A stretch of 64,000 nt of DNA from Blasia pusilla (lineage: Eukaryota), in the NCBI GenBank assembly GCA_050084515.1, contig CM114271.1, positions 48,050,001-48,114,000 of the forward strand. The letters run 5' to 3'. The stretch's first letter is position 1. Each line of letters opens with the position of its first letter. This document shows, piece by piece, positions 51,001-62,869 of this stretch. The position numbers and the translations under genes are program-made. The notes under the pieces are model-generated. The model was not told the origin of the DNA, made no database searches, and saw nothing but the letters and a program-made list of their open reading frames with translations.

Positions 51001-51488
51001 GTAATGAAGAAGCAATCCAATGTTGGTGCAATGTCATATAACACTTAATTATGCCGAGACAGAAGTGAAGAGACTTATGATAGGGGTTGTCAGTTGTATA
51101 GAGATTGCATGTAAAGGATTGGCAGGAAGACAGGTTGTGCATGCATTTTATATTTGAATAGCTAAGAAGAATCCTAAACCTTAAGTTGGCTGTAAACATG
51201 CTTTATCGACTTCCTCATTGCAAGGTTTAGAAAAGCCAACAATATTTAGGGGTTTGACCTGGTGGAAATTGTGCAGGGCTTGTGATGGCGGCATCAGGCC
51301 AAATTGAAAAGTACTTGAAGGGTGATGGCGGATCTCTCTGGACACCTTATGAACTTTCAACTCAAAAGTCACTCCCAAAGGAAAGCTATCAGAATGGACA
51401 TGCGAATGGGGTAGTTGAATCTGTGAAGGCCAATGGCAACACCAAAGTCGGTCATACTGTAAGCCACTCCAATGGCTTCCTGAGATGA
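42021..51488 (+). CDS. CTPS: CTP synthase (UTP-ammonia ligase, PyrG family), 22 coding exons, 612 aa
   Basis: Exons: 42021-42138, 42354-42433, 42702-42788, 42990-43040, 43430-43547, 44540-44596, 44850-44914, 45596-45679, 45781-45831, 46033-46095, 46268-46320, 46519-46588, 46895-46957, 48021-48110, 48341-48379, 48529-48678, 48805-48882, 49763-49848, 50195-50243, 50377-50457, 50708-50801, 51277-51488. All introns GT-AG; 1839 nt in frame. Motifs: [63 protein letters not shown] (catalytic Cys), [16 protein letters not shown] (His/Glu). Confidence 0.97.
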
Positions 51489-53089
51489 CCTGGGGAACAA
51501 CGGAATGATTTTGGTTATAGATACTGCCTACAGCTATGTTGCTACTCGAATAAGTGTGTCCTGACCGAGCTCAACATTTATTTTGCACGAAGAGTGTAGG
51601 TAGTGTAGTACCCTCAACTCTGTGGGCAGCCAAAGGCAATCAATGAGCTTCAGAGGCGCCCTGGCATGTAGAAATAATTCCCCTGTACGTCAGCTGTTCA
51701 TAATAGTTTCGCCCAGTGCGTAGCTTGTAAGGGTTGCTCATGGAGTTGAGACTTGCGAGATCCCCATAACATAGAGCTTAGTCCATTATGCTGTTTAACA
51801 GGTCGCTTCTGGTAGAGAGGTTGGATCCTAAAAAAAATGGACTGTAAGTAAAGTTTGTCCCACGGTTACGTTGCTGAGAGCGTGGAGGAGACAGAAATGC
51901 AGAAGAACTTACCCTGCACATGGGTTTTGCAGAGATATCAGATACTTCCATATCGTCCATTTCTGATGGATGTGTCTCACTTAGGGTCTTCAAAACTGGG
52001 GTCTGGATTTGGACCTTTGGTTCACAGTATCAGGGTGGGGAAATTTGCGTCCAACCCTTTATTCTTGAGATACAGTGTCTTTTCAGTAGTGTCACTTTAC
52101 CTGTACTCACGCACAGTTTCTTGTGCTTCTTTGTGGAGTGCTGGCAGAATTTAGTGCAGTGCTGTTGAGCTTGTTGCCTTAGCAACTTCAGTGGCACTTC
52201 TAGTCTACTCTGTGTCTATCGTACCATGAGGTCGTTTGAAGTCAGGGTGGGAAGAGATGGACAATGGGTCGTTTGAAATCAAGAGAGGAAGAGGTGGACA
52301 ATGTGAGCCATATTATGTCTTTTCTTTCTTCTTTCCGTTGTACACCAATTCCTACATGCAATGAAAACAATTTTGTCTTTCAACATCTGGTGTCTTCAAC
52401 TTTGCCCATCTGAATTAGATTTATCTAGGAAGATGTCTGGTCTTATTGTACTTTTCCAGTCAGTTGGGAAGGCTCAAGGCTGATTTAGTGAATAAGTGAT
52501 TTAATTATCTTCACTTTATAATTTCCCCTTCCTTTCCTTAAGATTATTTTTTGAACAAAAGTGGTGTAACTCTTCTTCTTTTCTTAGCCATGGTAGTCAG
52601 GGTGTGTTGATCGCAAGAATGTATAAAGCCCTAAAGGATGAGAGCCACAATTCCCTCCTAAGTTGTTCTAGTTTCCATAAATGTAGTGTCTACTTTTACT
52701 ACATTGAGCATCTCTATGTGACCTATATACTTAAGACAACAGAAGACTCTTATGGTGTTTCCTTCCATGGAGAACATTGAAATGTTCCTAGGAAGAGAAA
52801 AGACAATTTGATCTACTCAATTATTGCAAGAACTTGATATTTACGCCCGCCTGTTCATTATCGAGAGAACTTTCCAGGCGGTCAGATACTTTGCTATTCT
52901 GGGCAATTTTTTACATTCAATAAAGAAAACCTACTCATCTGAAATTTGACTAAAATTTTCAGCTTTGGACACAAAATCACGTTCTCACCTTGTTACTTTG
53001 ACAAAGAATGTTGTTTCATGTCAAGCACATATCTGAATGTGAGGAATGGGAAGAGAAGAGCCTAAAAAATTAACAAGGAAAAGAGCATT

Positions 53090-53520
53090 ATTAGGTACTC
53101 TCTTGGGGAGGACGACTGGGACCATCCTCCCAAATATCCCGAAGGTGTTGGAGGAATATGATCAGATTTTTCATGGCATGAATCTCCATTGGGACCTCCC
53201 CAAACTCAGCCAGTAGAATGTCACGGGAGTGGTTCTCCTAATGCCCCAGACTCTGTCACTTGAAGGGTTTTTGGGTGACTTGTAGACATTGGTGCCATGT
53301 CGTGGGGCCCCACACCTCATATGCATAGAGTGTGGCTGGGATCACGATAGCTTTGAAGAGATAGAATTTTTCTGGACTATGCCAGAGTTCCATTCTTCTG
53401 CAATTGGATTGCAGCATGTGTAAACCCCTCAATTTTCACTAGCTCGTGCTCAAGGAAAGGCTGGGGTGAATCCTCTTTCCTCATGGGCCTCTGAAAAGCT
53501 AGTAGAAGGAGAGTCTTGTC
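53090..53520 (-). mobile_element. LINE (RTE/RTEX-like) C-terminal fragment
   Basis: Minus-strand TLYAYEVWGP...DILLAEFGEVP, resembling the LYGCEVWG...LLAE.G..P thumb region. Confidence 0.5.
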
Positions 53521-53899
53521 TCAAATTTGCATGTCGCAAGGTTTATTTAAACTTCCAAGTGCATGTGGAGTGTGTGTATGTATGACATCCATGTTGTCGT
53601 GACCCTTATACCAAATGCACACCAACTCAGAACATTAGAACGCCAGTGGGATAGAGTAATTCGAGTAAGACATGAGTTGTAGACGTCAAACACAAGCCTT
53701 GATAGGCGTCTCAAATCATGGGGGTTATGACATAGCAGAGCCAGCCAAACATCAAGCGGGATTGGAGAAGAGTTTAAATTCCACAAGAGTTGGGCACCAA
53801 GGGGATTGCAACTTGGCTTGGAACTTTGTATTTCGAGAAGTGTCCCTTGATCCACTACTGTAGGTTAAGAGCAAAGGATATCACATGTGTGCACAAATC

Positions 53900-54095
53900 A
53901 CCAAGAAGAGAGCTTGGGGAGAAGGAACGGGTATACCCAAGGTGAGCAAAATGTAATGCTCATTCTCTCTTTGTTGAACCTTTTCACATGAGGCGGGATC
54001 TGTGCCTTGGTTGGATGATGCTTGAGATTGGGATGGGTGTAGAAAGAGGAAAAAGTGAAGAAGGTATAGTGTCGTAGAGTGTGAGTGTTGACCAA
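53900..54095. mobile_element. Diverged fragment related to the 60894 LTR family
   Basis: gagagcttgg...gctcattctctctttgttgaacct aligns to ~61178-61265. Confidence 0.6.
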
Positions 54096-54100
54096 ACAAC

Positions 54101-55320
54101 CTTCAAGCCTATCCCTTTGTTTGGTGCTGGCATCCCACACTCCTGTGCCTTATCTGAGTGAGGGACGAATGCTATGCACAATGACAAAACGCTTCACTTT
54201 TGGTGTGATGTTCTGGCAGTGTAGGGATTTAAATAGACCGTTCACCTTCTTGTGGCTTTTCTCATTAGTCTTCTTAATGCAAGCATTTCACATGCAATCT
54301 TATGAGAATTCTATGCCTAGATAGGTATATGTGGGCTCACATGGGATCTCTTGTTTGTCGGAATACTTGAATCTTTAGTCAAAGAATCTTTGTCAGCTAG
54401 GCACCACAAGGGCCTGATGTGCCATACTACTACCTCATCATGATCAATAAGTAGCTCATGATCTATGACTTTTTCTGCCCTAAAATCTCGCTACTTAGCC
54501 ACTTTCTAGGACTTGATCTTTTGAGTTGGAGCGAGACACTTCCATTAGATCCCTCTCTTTTAATCGAGGGTCAAAAATTGCTGGTCTTAGTCTTCCTCCT
54601 TGCCATTGAAGATAATACTTAAGTACATTTTCTTCCATGCCCCACATCTCACACCAAATTTTGGTTAGGGAGATCATCTTGTGGATTTTCTCTCCGGTTT
54701 CCTCTAGGCCACCAAAGTCATCAATAAACAAGAGGGAAACAACAGAGGTGTTTCCCACCTAGATGCCTAGTCCACTATCCCACCTTCACCACCACACACC
54801 GTAAAACGTTACGGCGAGGGCTTTGACTAGCCTCTACTTAGAAACTCCCGTGAAGGCATGCGGTCGTTCACCGTCAACCTCACTGCCGCTGAAATCCGTT
54901 GGCGAACGTTGACAAGGACGACGCGAAAGTCGTCGACTGTCCACGTGTGCCCGCATACCGCGGGAAAAATCCGCCTGTTGGTGCATGGGCCAAATCCATC
55001 CCGAGTTGAGTGGTATCTCCATTTCCTCCAATAGGAAATTGACGAAAACGTTGAAGAGGTTGGGGGAGACCGGGCATCCTTGGGCCACTCCCTTATGATA
55101 TCAAATGTCCCACTCTGGTGGCCATTCACTAGAACTCTATTAATTGTGTTATGGTACATCTTCTCCACCACCTTCCATATCTTTCCTCTAAACCCGGCCT
55201 TCCCCAAGCTATAAGATAGCCTATCACGCCATACAATGTTATAGGCCTTCTTGAGGTCCAAGAAGAAGCAATAGGTGGATTAATTGTCTTTTTTCATACC
55301 TTGGATAATCTTACTAAAGG
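54101..55320 (-). mobile_element. LINE (RTE/RTEX-like) reverse transcriptase, fragmented
   Basis: FLDLKKAYNIVWR, AQGCPVSPNLFNVFVN, LLFIDD; thumb fragment at 54101-54210; the N-terminal RT part probably continues at 58095-58338. Confidence 0.85.
54788..55014. mobile_element. 227-bp CpG-rich insertion into the LINE RT (MITE-like)
   Basis: Removing it rejoins ...EEME|KVG...; short terminal inverted match ACCAC/GTGGT; flanks ttc/atc. Confidence 0.4.
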
Positions 55321-55622
55321 TGAAGACCTCAAAGTACTCCAAACCTTTAGATTTATAAGTGGAAGACTCAGATTGAGTCCTAAAGACTCAACTGGTTGCG
55401 CATTCCATAGGAGCCGAAAAGCCACCAAGCACTACTGAAGATGAGTCTCCCCAAGTGCGTATCATCTCCTTAAGAATCCTCTTCTCTAATCCTTGGCCAA
55501 TCTCTCCAAGTCGCTTGCCTAAACTGGAATGCGTTGGTTAATTCCTAAAGGTGCGTCCCTTAGTTCAAACCTAAAACACGGCCACACACACATCATGGCT
55601 AGTTCCTAGTTCAAGGGCTTGA

Positions 55623-55837
<215 letters not shown>

Positions 55838-56349
55838 CCCCTCCTCTATAGGTAATTTTGGGGTTCTTTACCACAACCCCACCTTTCTCATTTCCCCCCT
55901 TGGGCCCTCAACCCAAACGTAGTTCATGACCCGCAGATCGACGTTTGACTAGTTATCCATCAACATGATTTGGCGGAGGCTTTTTGCAGCTTATGCAACT
56001 ATTGGCTTCGCAAATGCATCTTGGAGCTTGGGCCTACATTTCATGTCTCTCATCGCTAGTGCCCATATTTGTATTTTGACTTATTTTTTGGCATCTCATG
56101 GTTGTCTTTATGCCCTTTGCATTTCGTGACTAGTCTCGTATATAGCATCTTGCCCATCTTCACTAGTCAGTCCACTTGGTCTCTACACAAGTCTCTTGCT
56201 ATTGCCAACTCCCTCAGTAAGATGAAAATCTATGAGGATAAATTTATGTTTGTGGGTAATGGTGTAGCCAACACCCATGTTTCGTGCTCCTCCTCTGACA
56301 TTGGAACCCCTATACTGCCTCAAATGCCGTTGTCATTGTGTAATGACGA

Positions 56350-57270
56350 CGATCCCAAGTGAATATGTTGATGATTGTTTACATGCACTCTAAAACAATT
56401 CTGGTCCCATTCTTGAACTCAGATATAATTTTGTTCCCGATAGCTTGAAAATTTGTTGATGGCCGCTCCATCCACACAACTTACACAAGCAAGCTCTACT
56501 CAAAGATAAGTCACACCATCAAGTGAAAAAACTTCTTCACCATTGATATTGCATAATATCCAAATTGGCTCAACAAAATTGCCACATTTGGTCTACCCTT
56601 ACTCCACAATGGGGTTCCTTACTATCTAGTCGACTACAGTAGGCCCTCCTATTGAAGCCACTACTTTCGCTTCCGCATCTCACACTATCATACATAGCAA
56701 TGGAACTAGGCAATTGTAGATTATATCCATGTGCATAGGAAAGATGTTCTAATGCCTCCTCCAAGCATGATACCATACCTCTTGCTCCTAGCACTCTGAC
56801 ATGTGGAGTGCATGCTATTGTGTTATAATCCACGACACACAATGCTCCACTTATGTGGAGATGTATCGCTCAAGAGTGCTACTTTGAGTAACACACACTC
56901 TCAATGTGGTGGTCTTATCAAACCACACCCAAAACCCTCTCCTTGGCTAAACCTATGCCAAAAGGGGAGAAAAAGACAAGAGAATATGTAATAGAAAATG
57001 GCAAGGGCTTTGTTGCATCTGAGATGAAGACTTTGAGGATGATAGGGGAAAATATTTGTGCCCTTGTCCATAGGGCCAGAACATCAATGCCACCACCGCC
57101 TTCCTTAAAATTGAGGTCGACCAACCAATGGTGAGCACTTGAGCATCTGATGTTGGCCATCAAGTCATTAGATCCCATAGCAAGGAGACACAACCTTAAG
57201 TTTGGATATTTAAGTATGTACCTAACGTTACCAACAAATAGGATCCTATGGAGTTGATATGTCATTCAAT
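56350..57270 (-). mobile_element. Degenerate L1-like LINE post-RT fragment
   Basis: HWLVDLNFKEGGGGIDVL resembles the L1 W...K..GG.GI motif. Confidence 0.35.
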
Positions 57271-58094
57271 AGAATACTACTTGTAGTGCAATACGACCCT
57301 ATAGGGATGTCCTTATACCATCCCCGATACTGAGTCTATAGAGGTATGGACCGTATGGGGTAGAAGATACACAATGAAATATTCAAATGAAATATTCAAC
57401 TTTAGGTCTTGGGATGGGTCTTGGGATAATTGCACTAGACAAGAAATTCAATAATGAAGAATGTGACATGGATGATAAACCCATCTTATTCCCTTACATT
57501 GGTGTCATATACTCCCTCACTATATAGAGGGAGTTGGTGAATATGACCCCATCTTTCTTGGAGTATCTTTTTTCCCCACACGCTCTTACTATGAGAAACT
57601 CTCATCTTTGATATTATATTGATGATGATCTTGAACAATAGGGTAACAAACTTGGGTACAATCAATCATTTGGTCAAGTATGTGGAGTGATAACATGAGC
57701 ACTTCGGTTCAAATTGGGATGAAGATTTTTTAACATTTCCGTTCTTGCTACAAAATTATAGAGATAGGTGAGGAGACATTTGTTAGTTGCGAATGTGTAA
57801 GACCCATGAAAAAATTGTACATATTTGTCATGTAGAAATGTATCAGAATTTTTTTTTCCATGTTTTTTGTGGATGTTGCTATTTACTTACTCATTAGGGT
57901 GCATAAACTCTAACTCCGAAATAAAGTCCAATATGTCTATCACCCATACAAAGAGGATCCTCCCATCTCGTAGGCATCACGAGTTGGATGGTCTTTTCAA
58001 GGTAGAGGGTGCCCTTTCATCCTCATTAGAGGAATAGATGGAGGTTGGGATAATGACCGAGGATTGACCTATAATCCATGCATCCTCGGGCTTG

Positions 58095-58338
58095 CTAGAA
58101 ACCAAGGTGGCCTTCCTTGATGGAAAAATTCTCCTCTAGGTACATAAGGATCCTATTGTGTAGTATACGGCACAAGAGCTTCCGGACTACACTAAAAAAT
58201 TTAATACTCTTACAATTTCCAAGGTCTTCTCGTTCACCCTTCTTGAAGAAGTTTACGATGAATCCCACTCGCCACCTTTGGGGAATGACTTTTTCCCGCC
58301 AAACCAAGTTGAAGAGACTCACTAGAAAACGAGCCATT
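58095..58338 (-). mobile_element. LINE RT N-terminal fragment
   Basis: LFNLVW...IPQRWRVGFIVNFFKKGEREDLGN.KSI...VVRKLLCRIL.NRI...E..GF. Confidence 0.85.
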
Positions 58339-58939
58339 GGGGGGTTGTTATTCTGGCTGGAGATAAGAAGAGCGGAGAGTCTCTCTTCTAAAAAAAGAAC
58401 AAAATCCTTAACCTCTCTTCAAAAAATTCTTTTTAAAAAAAATATTCTCCTCTATTTGAAATACAAGAAATTTTTAGGAGAGAGTTATAAGTGGACCACG
58501 TTGGGGCAAAAACTATCCTCATTTTCTCAAACGAGGATGTGAAGATGGAAATGTGAAGACCCAACCCGACATACTTAAATCACTCACTATGTAAGCGAGT
58601 GCTTGCGGGTATATTATCATCGCAAAACCATCACGAGGGGATTTTATCACTACAAAAATATTGTCACAACAATCACATGTGCTCAAAATACACTCAGACT
58701 ATGCGGTCAAAAGAAGGTATTGAATCCTTGTGTTTGACAATACAAGTGATTATAGTGCAGCTAAGGAGTAAAGGATATCAGACTTCTCAATAAAAGAAAA
58801 GACTATGGGCTCATAGCTAGAACCATGCATGTTGCAAGAAATTAATAATAAAGATGGACTTGGAAGAGAGGGTACACAATGTTGACTATATTCATGATAT
58901 TGTAATTGTAGATGAATTGGAGAATCGTGGAAGGGTTAT

Positions 58940-59250
58940 GAATAAATCTTTGGATCTAGACATAGACATCTTGAAAGGGCTCAAGACATGTTGCATGAGT
59001 GCAATCCATATGTGAAGACCTTACGTCATATGGCATGTGAAGCAAGTGATCTTAATATGCAGATCATTCTGAAGGCAAGTAAGAGAGGTCTCGATGCAAA
59101 GCATTATAACTTACCAACTACTTCCGAGGTTGTAGCTATATTACAAGGTGATGGAAGTGAACATGTTGACCATCTTGATATGATTGTACGACTTCATGGA
59201 GGAGGAGTGAGGTGCATATCTGACCTCAATGAAGCATATATTCCATTATA
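58940..59250 (+). mobile_element. Helitron Rep N-terminal fragment
   Basis: MLHECNPYVKTLR...HYNLPTTSEVVAILQGD...DMIVRLHGG...ISDLNEAYIPL. Confidence 0.85.
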
Positions 59251-59623
59251 TAGTAAAGAACTATTTTGGGTTTGTGGAGTCTCATGGGGGCAGACGAGGC
59301 ATTGTAATGGTCAGTTTATCATTGATCTTAGAAGGTTTTCCTCAAAATTTTGAATGCAAACAAGTTCCAAGAAAGAAGTAGCAAAGAGATCGTGTGGATG
59401 TGAAGTTGGTAGAAAGTGGAGGATTTCCATATTTCCAACAATTACTCAGAAGACTTGGAGGCAACGAATGACTAACAAGACTTGGCTTAGGAATGGCTAC
59501 ATGGAGTCTTAAGAAGGTTGATGGGCGTTTGGGTACGGTGGTTAAACACAAATGTCAGAAGTGAAGCAAGCCAACAAGAATGCCTCAAGGAAGGAGTAAG
59601 AGGAAAAGAGAAGAAATCAATCA

Positions 59624-60681
59624 CCCTAGTTGTCAAATTTGACAAGTTGCAAGACTTCAAAAGTGAAGAACAAAATTATTCATTAAATGAAAAATTAGAG
59701 ATGGGAAAAAGAAACAAAGAAAGAAATGAACAGAAACAACATGACAGATCAAAGGCCATAATATAAAATTGAGGAATGAGAAGAAAGAAGAGCATTCACA
59801 CAAGCAACCTGCCAAAATCCGACAAGTTGCAAGACGTCAAAAAGTGAAGAAACTCTTCCAACACATGAAAAATCATAGATCTCAAAAAAGAAAGAGAGAA
59901 TGTAATGAATATAAGGCAATCATCATGACATGCAACTTGTTGGAATCTGACAGGTTGCATGACAATATGTAAGAAAAAGGGGGTAAGAAAAAAGAAAGAA
60001 TGGGGTTACCAAAGACACTACGAGCAACCTATGCCTCTTGAAGGTTAAAAAGAAGTAAAATTCTAGGAAAAAACTTGAAATACATATGAAGAAATAACCA
60101 CTCAAACATTACATGTTGCAAGACATGACAAGAAGAGAAACAATTGTGAGATTATGACTCATCAAGATCAAGAAATAGAAAGAATTGTGATAACATAGAC
60201 ATTGCTTGCAACCTGTTGGAATCCGAGAAGTTGCAAGACCTGAAAACTGCAAAATTTTAGGAGACAACTTCACATCCACATGAAGAAATGATGGAAAATA
60301 GACAGATTCTATGCAGACATGCAACCAGTCAGAATCCGACAGGTTGCAAGACATGACAAGAAGAGAAACAGTTGTGAGACATGACTCATCAAGGTCAAGA
60401 AAAAAGAAAGAATTGGGATAACCTAGCCATTGCTTGCAACTTTTCCGAATCTGATAGGTTGCAAGACATAACGATTGCAAAATTTCAAGAAACAACTTGA
60501 CATCGATATGAAGAAATGATAGGAAACAGACACATTCAATGCAGAGAAGCAACCTGTTGAAATCCTACGGGTTGCAATAGATTAAAATTTTCCAAAAAAG
60601 ATTACAAGAGACACCATAAAAAAACCATACATGGAAGAGTAGAAAATCAAGTTTAAACTCGTCAGATTCCGACATGTTGAA
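59624..60681. repeat. Palindrome cluster in element B, including a ~229-bp tandem duplication
   Basis: Copies at ~59624, 59803, 59931, 60206, 60320, 60435, 60548, ~60653; 60115-60342 is repeated at 60343-60575. Confidence 0.85.
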
Positions 60682-60893
60682 GGTTGTAGACAATGTGAAA
60701 AAATATTTGGATTCCAAAAGCACAAGTTTCAATGTGTCAGAAACGGACAACTCAAAAAATGCCTCACTATTCAAAACTAGAGCCAAGGAATTTTGAGAAA
60801 GGTTTTTAAAGTCTTTTATTGAAATGTGTTTGCAACTCGGATATTTAATTGGATTTCTTGAACTAAAAACTCTAGTCTATGATCTCTTCCGCA

Positions 60894-61537
60894 TGTCACG
60901 TCTTTTAGGATAGATCGGTGAGATATAGTAGAGCGCCTTTGTGAGAAGTGGAGGACAGGCTCAGTAGATCAAGGATGACCTGCTGAGGCCCTGGGAAACC
61001 TAAGAGAGTAGGTTTCCCCTTCGTTACGGCTCATTTGGAGCCATATTAAGGAACTTACTATTTTAGGTAATACCATTTTGAATATACGATCAAATTTATA
61101 TTTTTGGTAAGTGGCCCTTGACCTCCTACATTAGGTCAAGAGCCAATGAGGTGACTTGGGAGCATAAGTTATCATGGAGAGAGCTTGGAAGAGGGGAGGG
61201 TTATACCTCGAGGAGAGAGAGTTTGAGAGCTCATTCTCTCTTTGTTGAACCTCTTGGCATGAGACGGGGGAGCTATGGTCTTGCTTTTCTTGTGTGTGTA
61301 ACCCAAGCCTTTCATTAGGAGAATGGGTTTGGTTTGACATTGAGAGAGACGTGTGAGAGTGCACACATGTGAGAATTATGGTATTGTGAGAGAGATTGGA
61401 TCTTATTTTATTGGAGATATTTTGGTACTTCTTGTCTCGTTGTTTGGAAGCCATGAGTTAGCATGGGATCGTGCGTGTTTATGTGTGTGTTCGATGAAAG
61501 GGATGTATGTTGTGTAGCGATGTGTATGCGCACGACA
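60894..61537. mobile_element. Solo LTR (644 bp, TGTC...GACA) inserted into accessory ORF 1 of element B
   Basis: TG...CA ends with a short terminal inverted repeat; homologous to 16649-17272; removing it plus 4 bp restores alignment with 6384-6410. Confidence 0.88.
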
Positions 61538-62869
61538 TGCCTCATCATCTATAAAAATGTTCCTAACTCTCATCGATTCTTGTACAAGGGACTTCACTAG
61601 GCTAACCAATGGCTCCTCTTGACGATTGTAGATAGGGATTGAGAAAGAAGGGGAACTAGAGAGTCATGCCCCCCTAGGTGCTCTATATCGGTCCCATGTC
61701 ACTTCACATAAGTCCCAATGCCTACTACGGCATGTTATCTTGTATGCTATGCAAAGTGACACCCATCCAAAATCAATGTGTTCCTCCGCTTGAAACCACT
61801 ACTGCCCCACTCCAAAACACTTTTAAACGAACGCACCAATGCTCACTAGTCATCATTAAAGAGCTCTTCCAAAATCACCGCCGGTTTTGCCCGCCCGATT
61901 TTTGGAATCATAGGTAGTGACTATTACTACGACCGCCGCAAAGAAGTCTTCCTCACGACTTTCCTTCAATCCATTGTCTTCAAAACATTATTCCTCTTCC
62001 TATTCTTACTCTTCATACATCTTTCTGCTTTGTGAAGACTCTCGCTGATTCCTTCTTCTTCTTTCTTTTGCTTCTTTACTTTCTTAGTCTTTGCTCTTTG
62101 TTCTTCGGTCTTCGTTTAACAATTCTTACCATCTTTCCACACTGCGGTCTTTGCTGTAGTCTTTGCCACAAAGCACCCGCACCCGCGCCTCGTACTCTTA
62201 CGTCTTTCTTGTCGCTTCAGGGGAGCTTCTCCATTCCATACTTCCATGACTCAACATGCTTCAACACAATTTTTGCATAGCTTTCTTCTTTACCTCCCAT
62301 CTTAAGCCTTTAGTCTTCAATCAGTGAAGACTTCCCTACAATTCTATACAAAAATAATCTTCCTATGAAAATTTCAAAGATGTGAGTGAGTACTTAAATT
62401 AAATTTTCCAACTTTCTTTAGATAAGAGACGATCCTACATTTCAAGGGATATGGATGGTTTCCATGACTACACCTTGGAATTGCAAAGATGTCCAATAGA
62501 GTTGCAAAGGCATTTGACTAGGAAGTGGATGCCGCGGAGGCTGATAGGTTAACTAAATTTTGTGCGCAACAAGGTGTTAACCTAGAGAGAGCATATGTCG
62601 ATCTTAAGACATATAAGGATGAGAAGCAGAATGATGCAGAGTCGGCTCTCCTAGAAAGATTCTGTGTAGAGTTAAGAAGTGCGCAACATCTTTTGAGGGG
62701 ACGTACTACTTCTTTGGGGATGACATTGACAATTTCATGTGCAATAACATTGATTTCTCATAAGAATGTAGTAGTAGGACATGATCCGAGCAATATTGTG
62801 GGAACCGGTTTATTTTGTACCATTCGAAAACTTACGGAACCCATGGCTTTAGGGAAGAAATGTACTATT

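Larger units (their letters stand above)
58339..62330. mobile_element. Element B: second, diverged copy of element A, interrupted by a Helitron fragment and a solo LTR
   Basis: Same left terminus and collinear blocks (58339-58710 with 4609-4975; 59390-59660 with 5040-5315; 60810-60893 plus 61538-61920 with 6310-6730); palindrome copies at 59624-60681. Confidence 0.7.
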
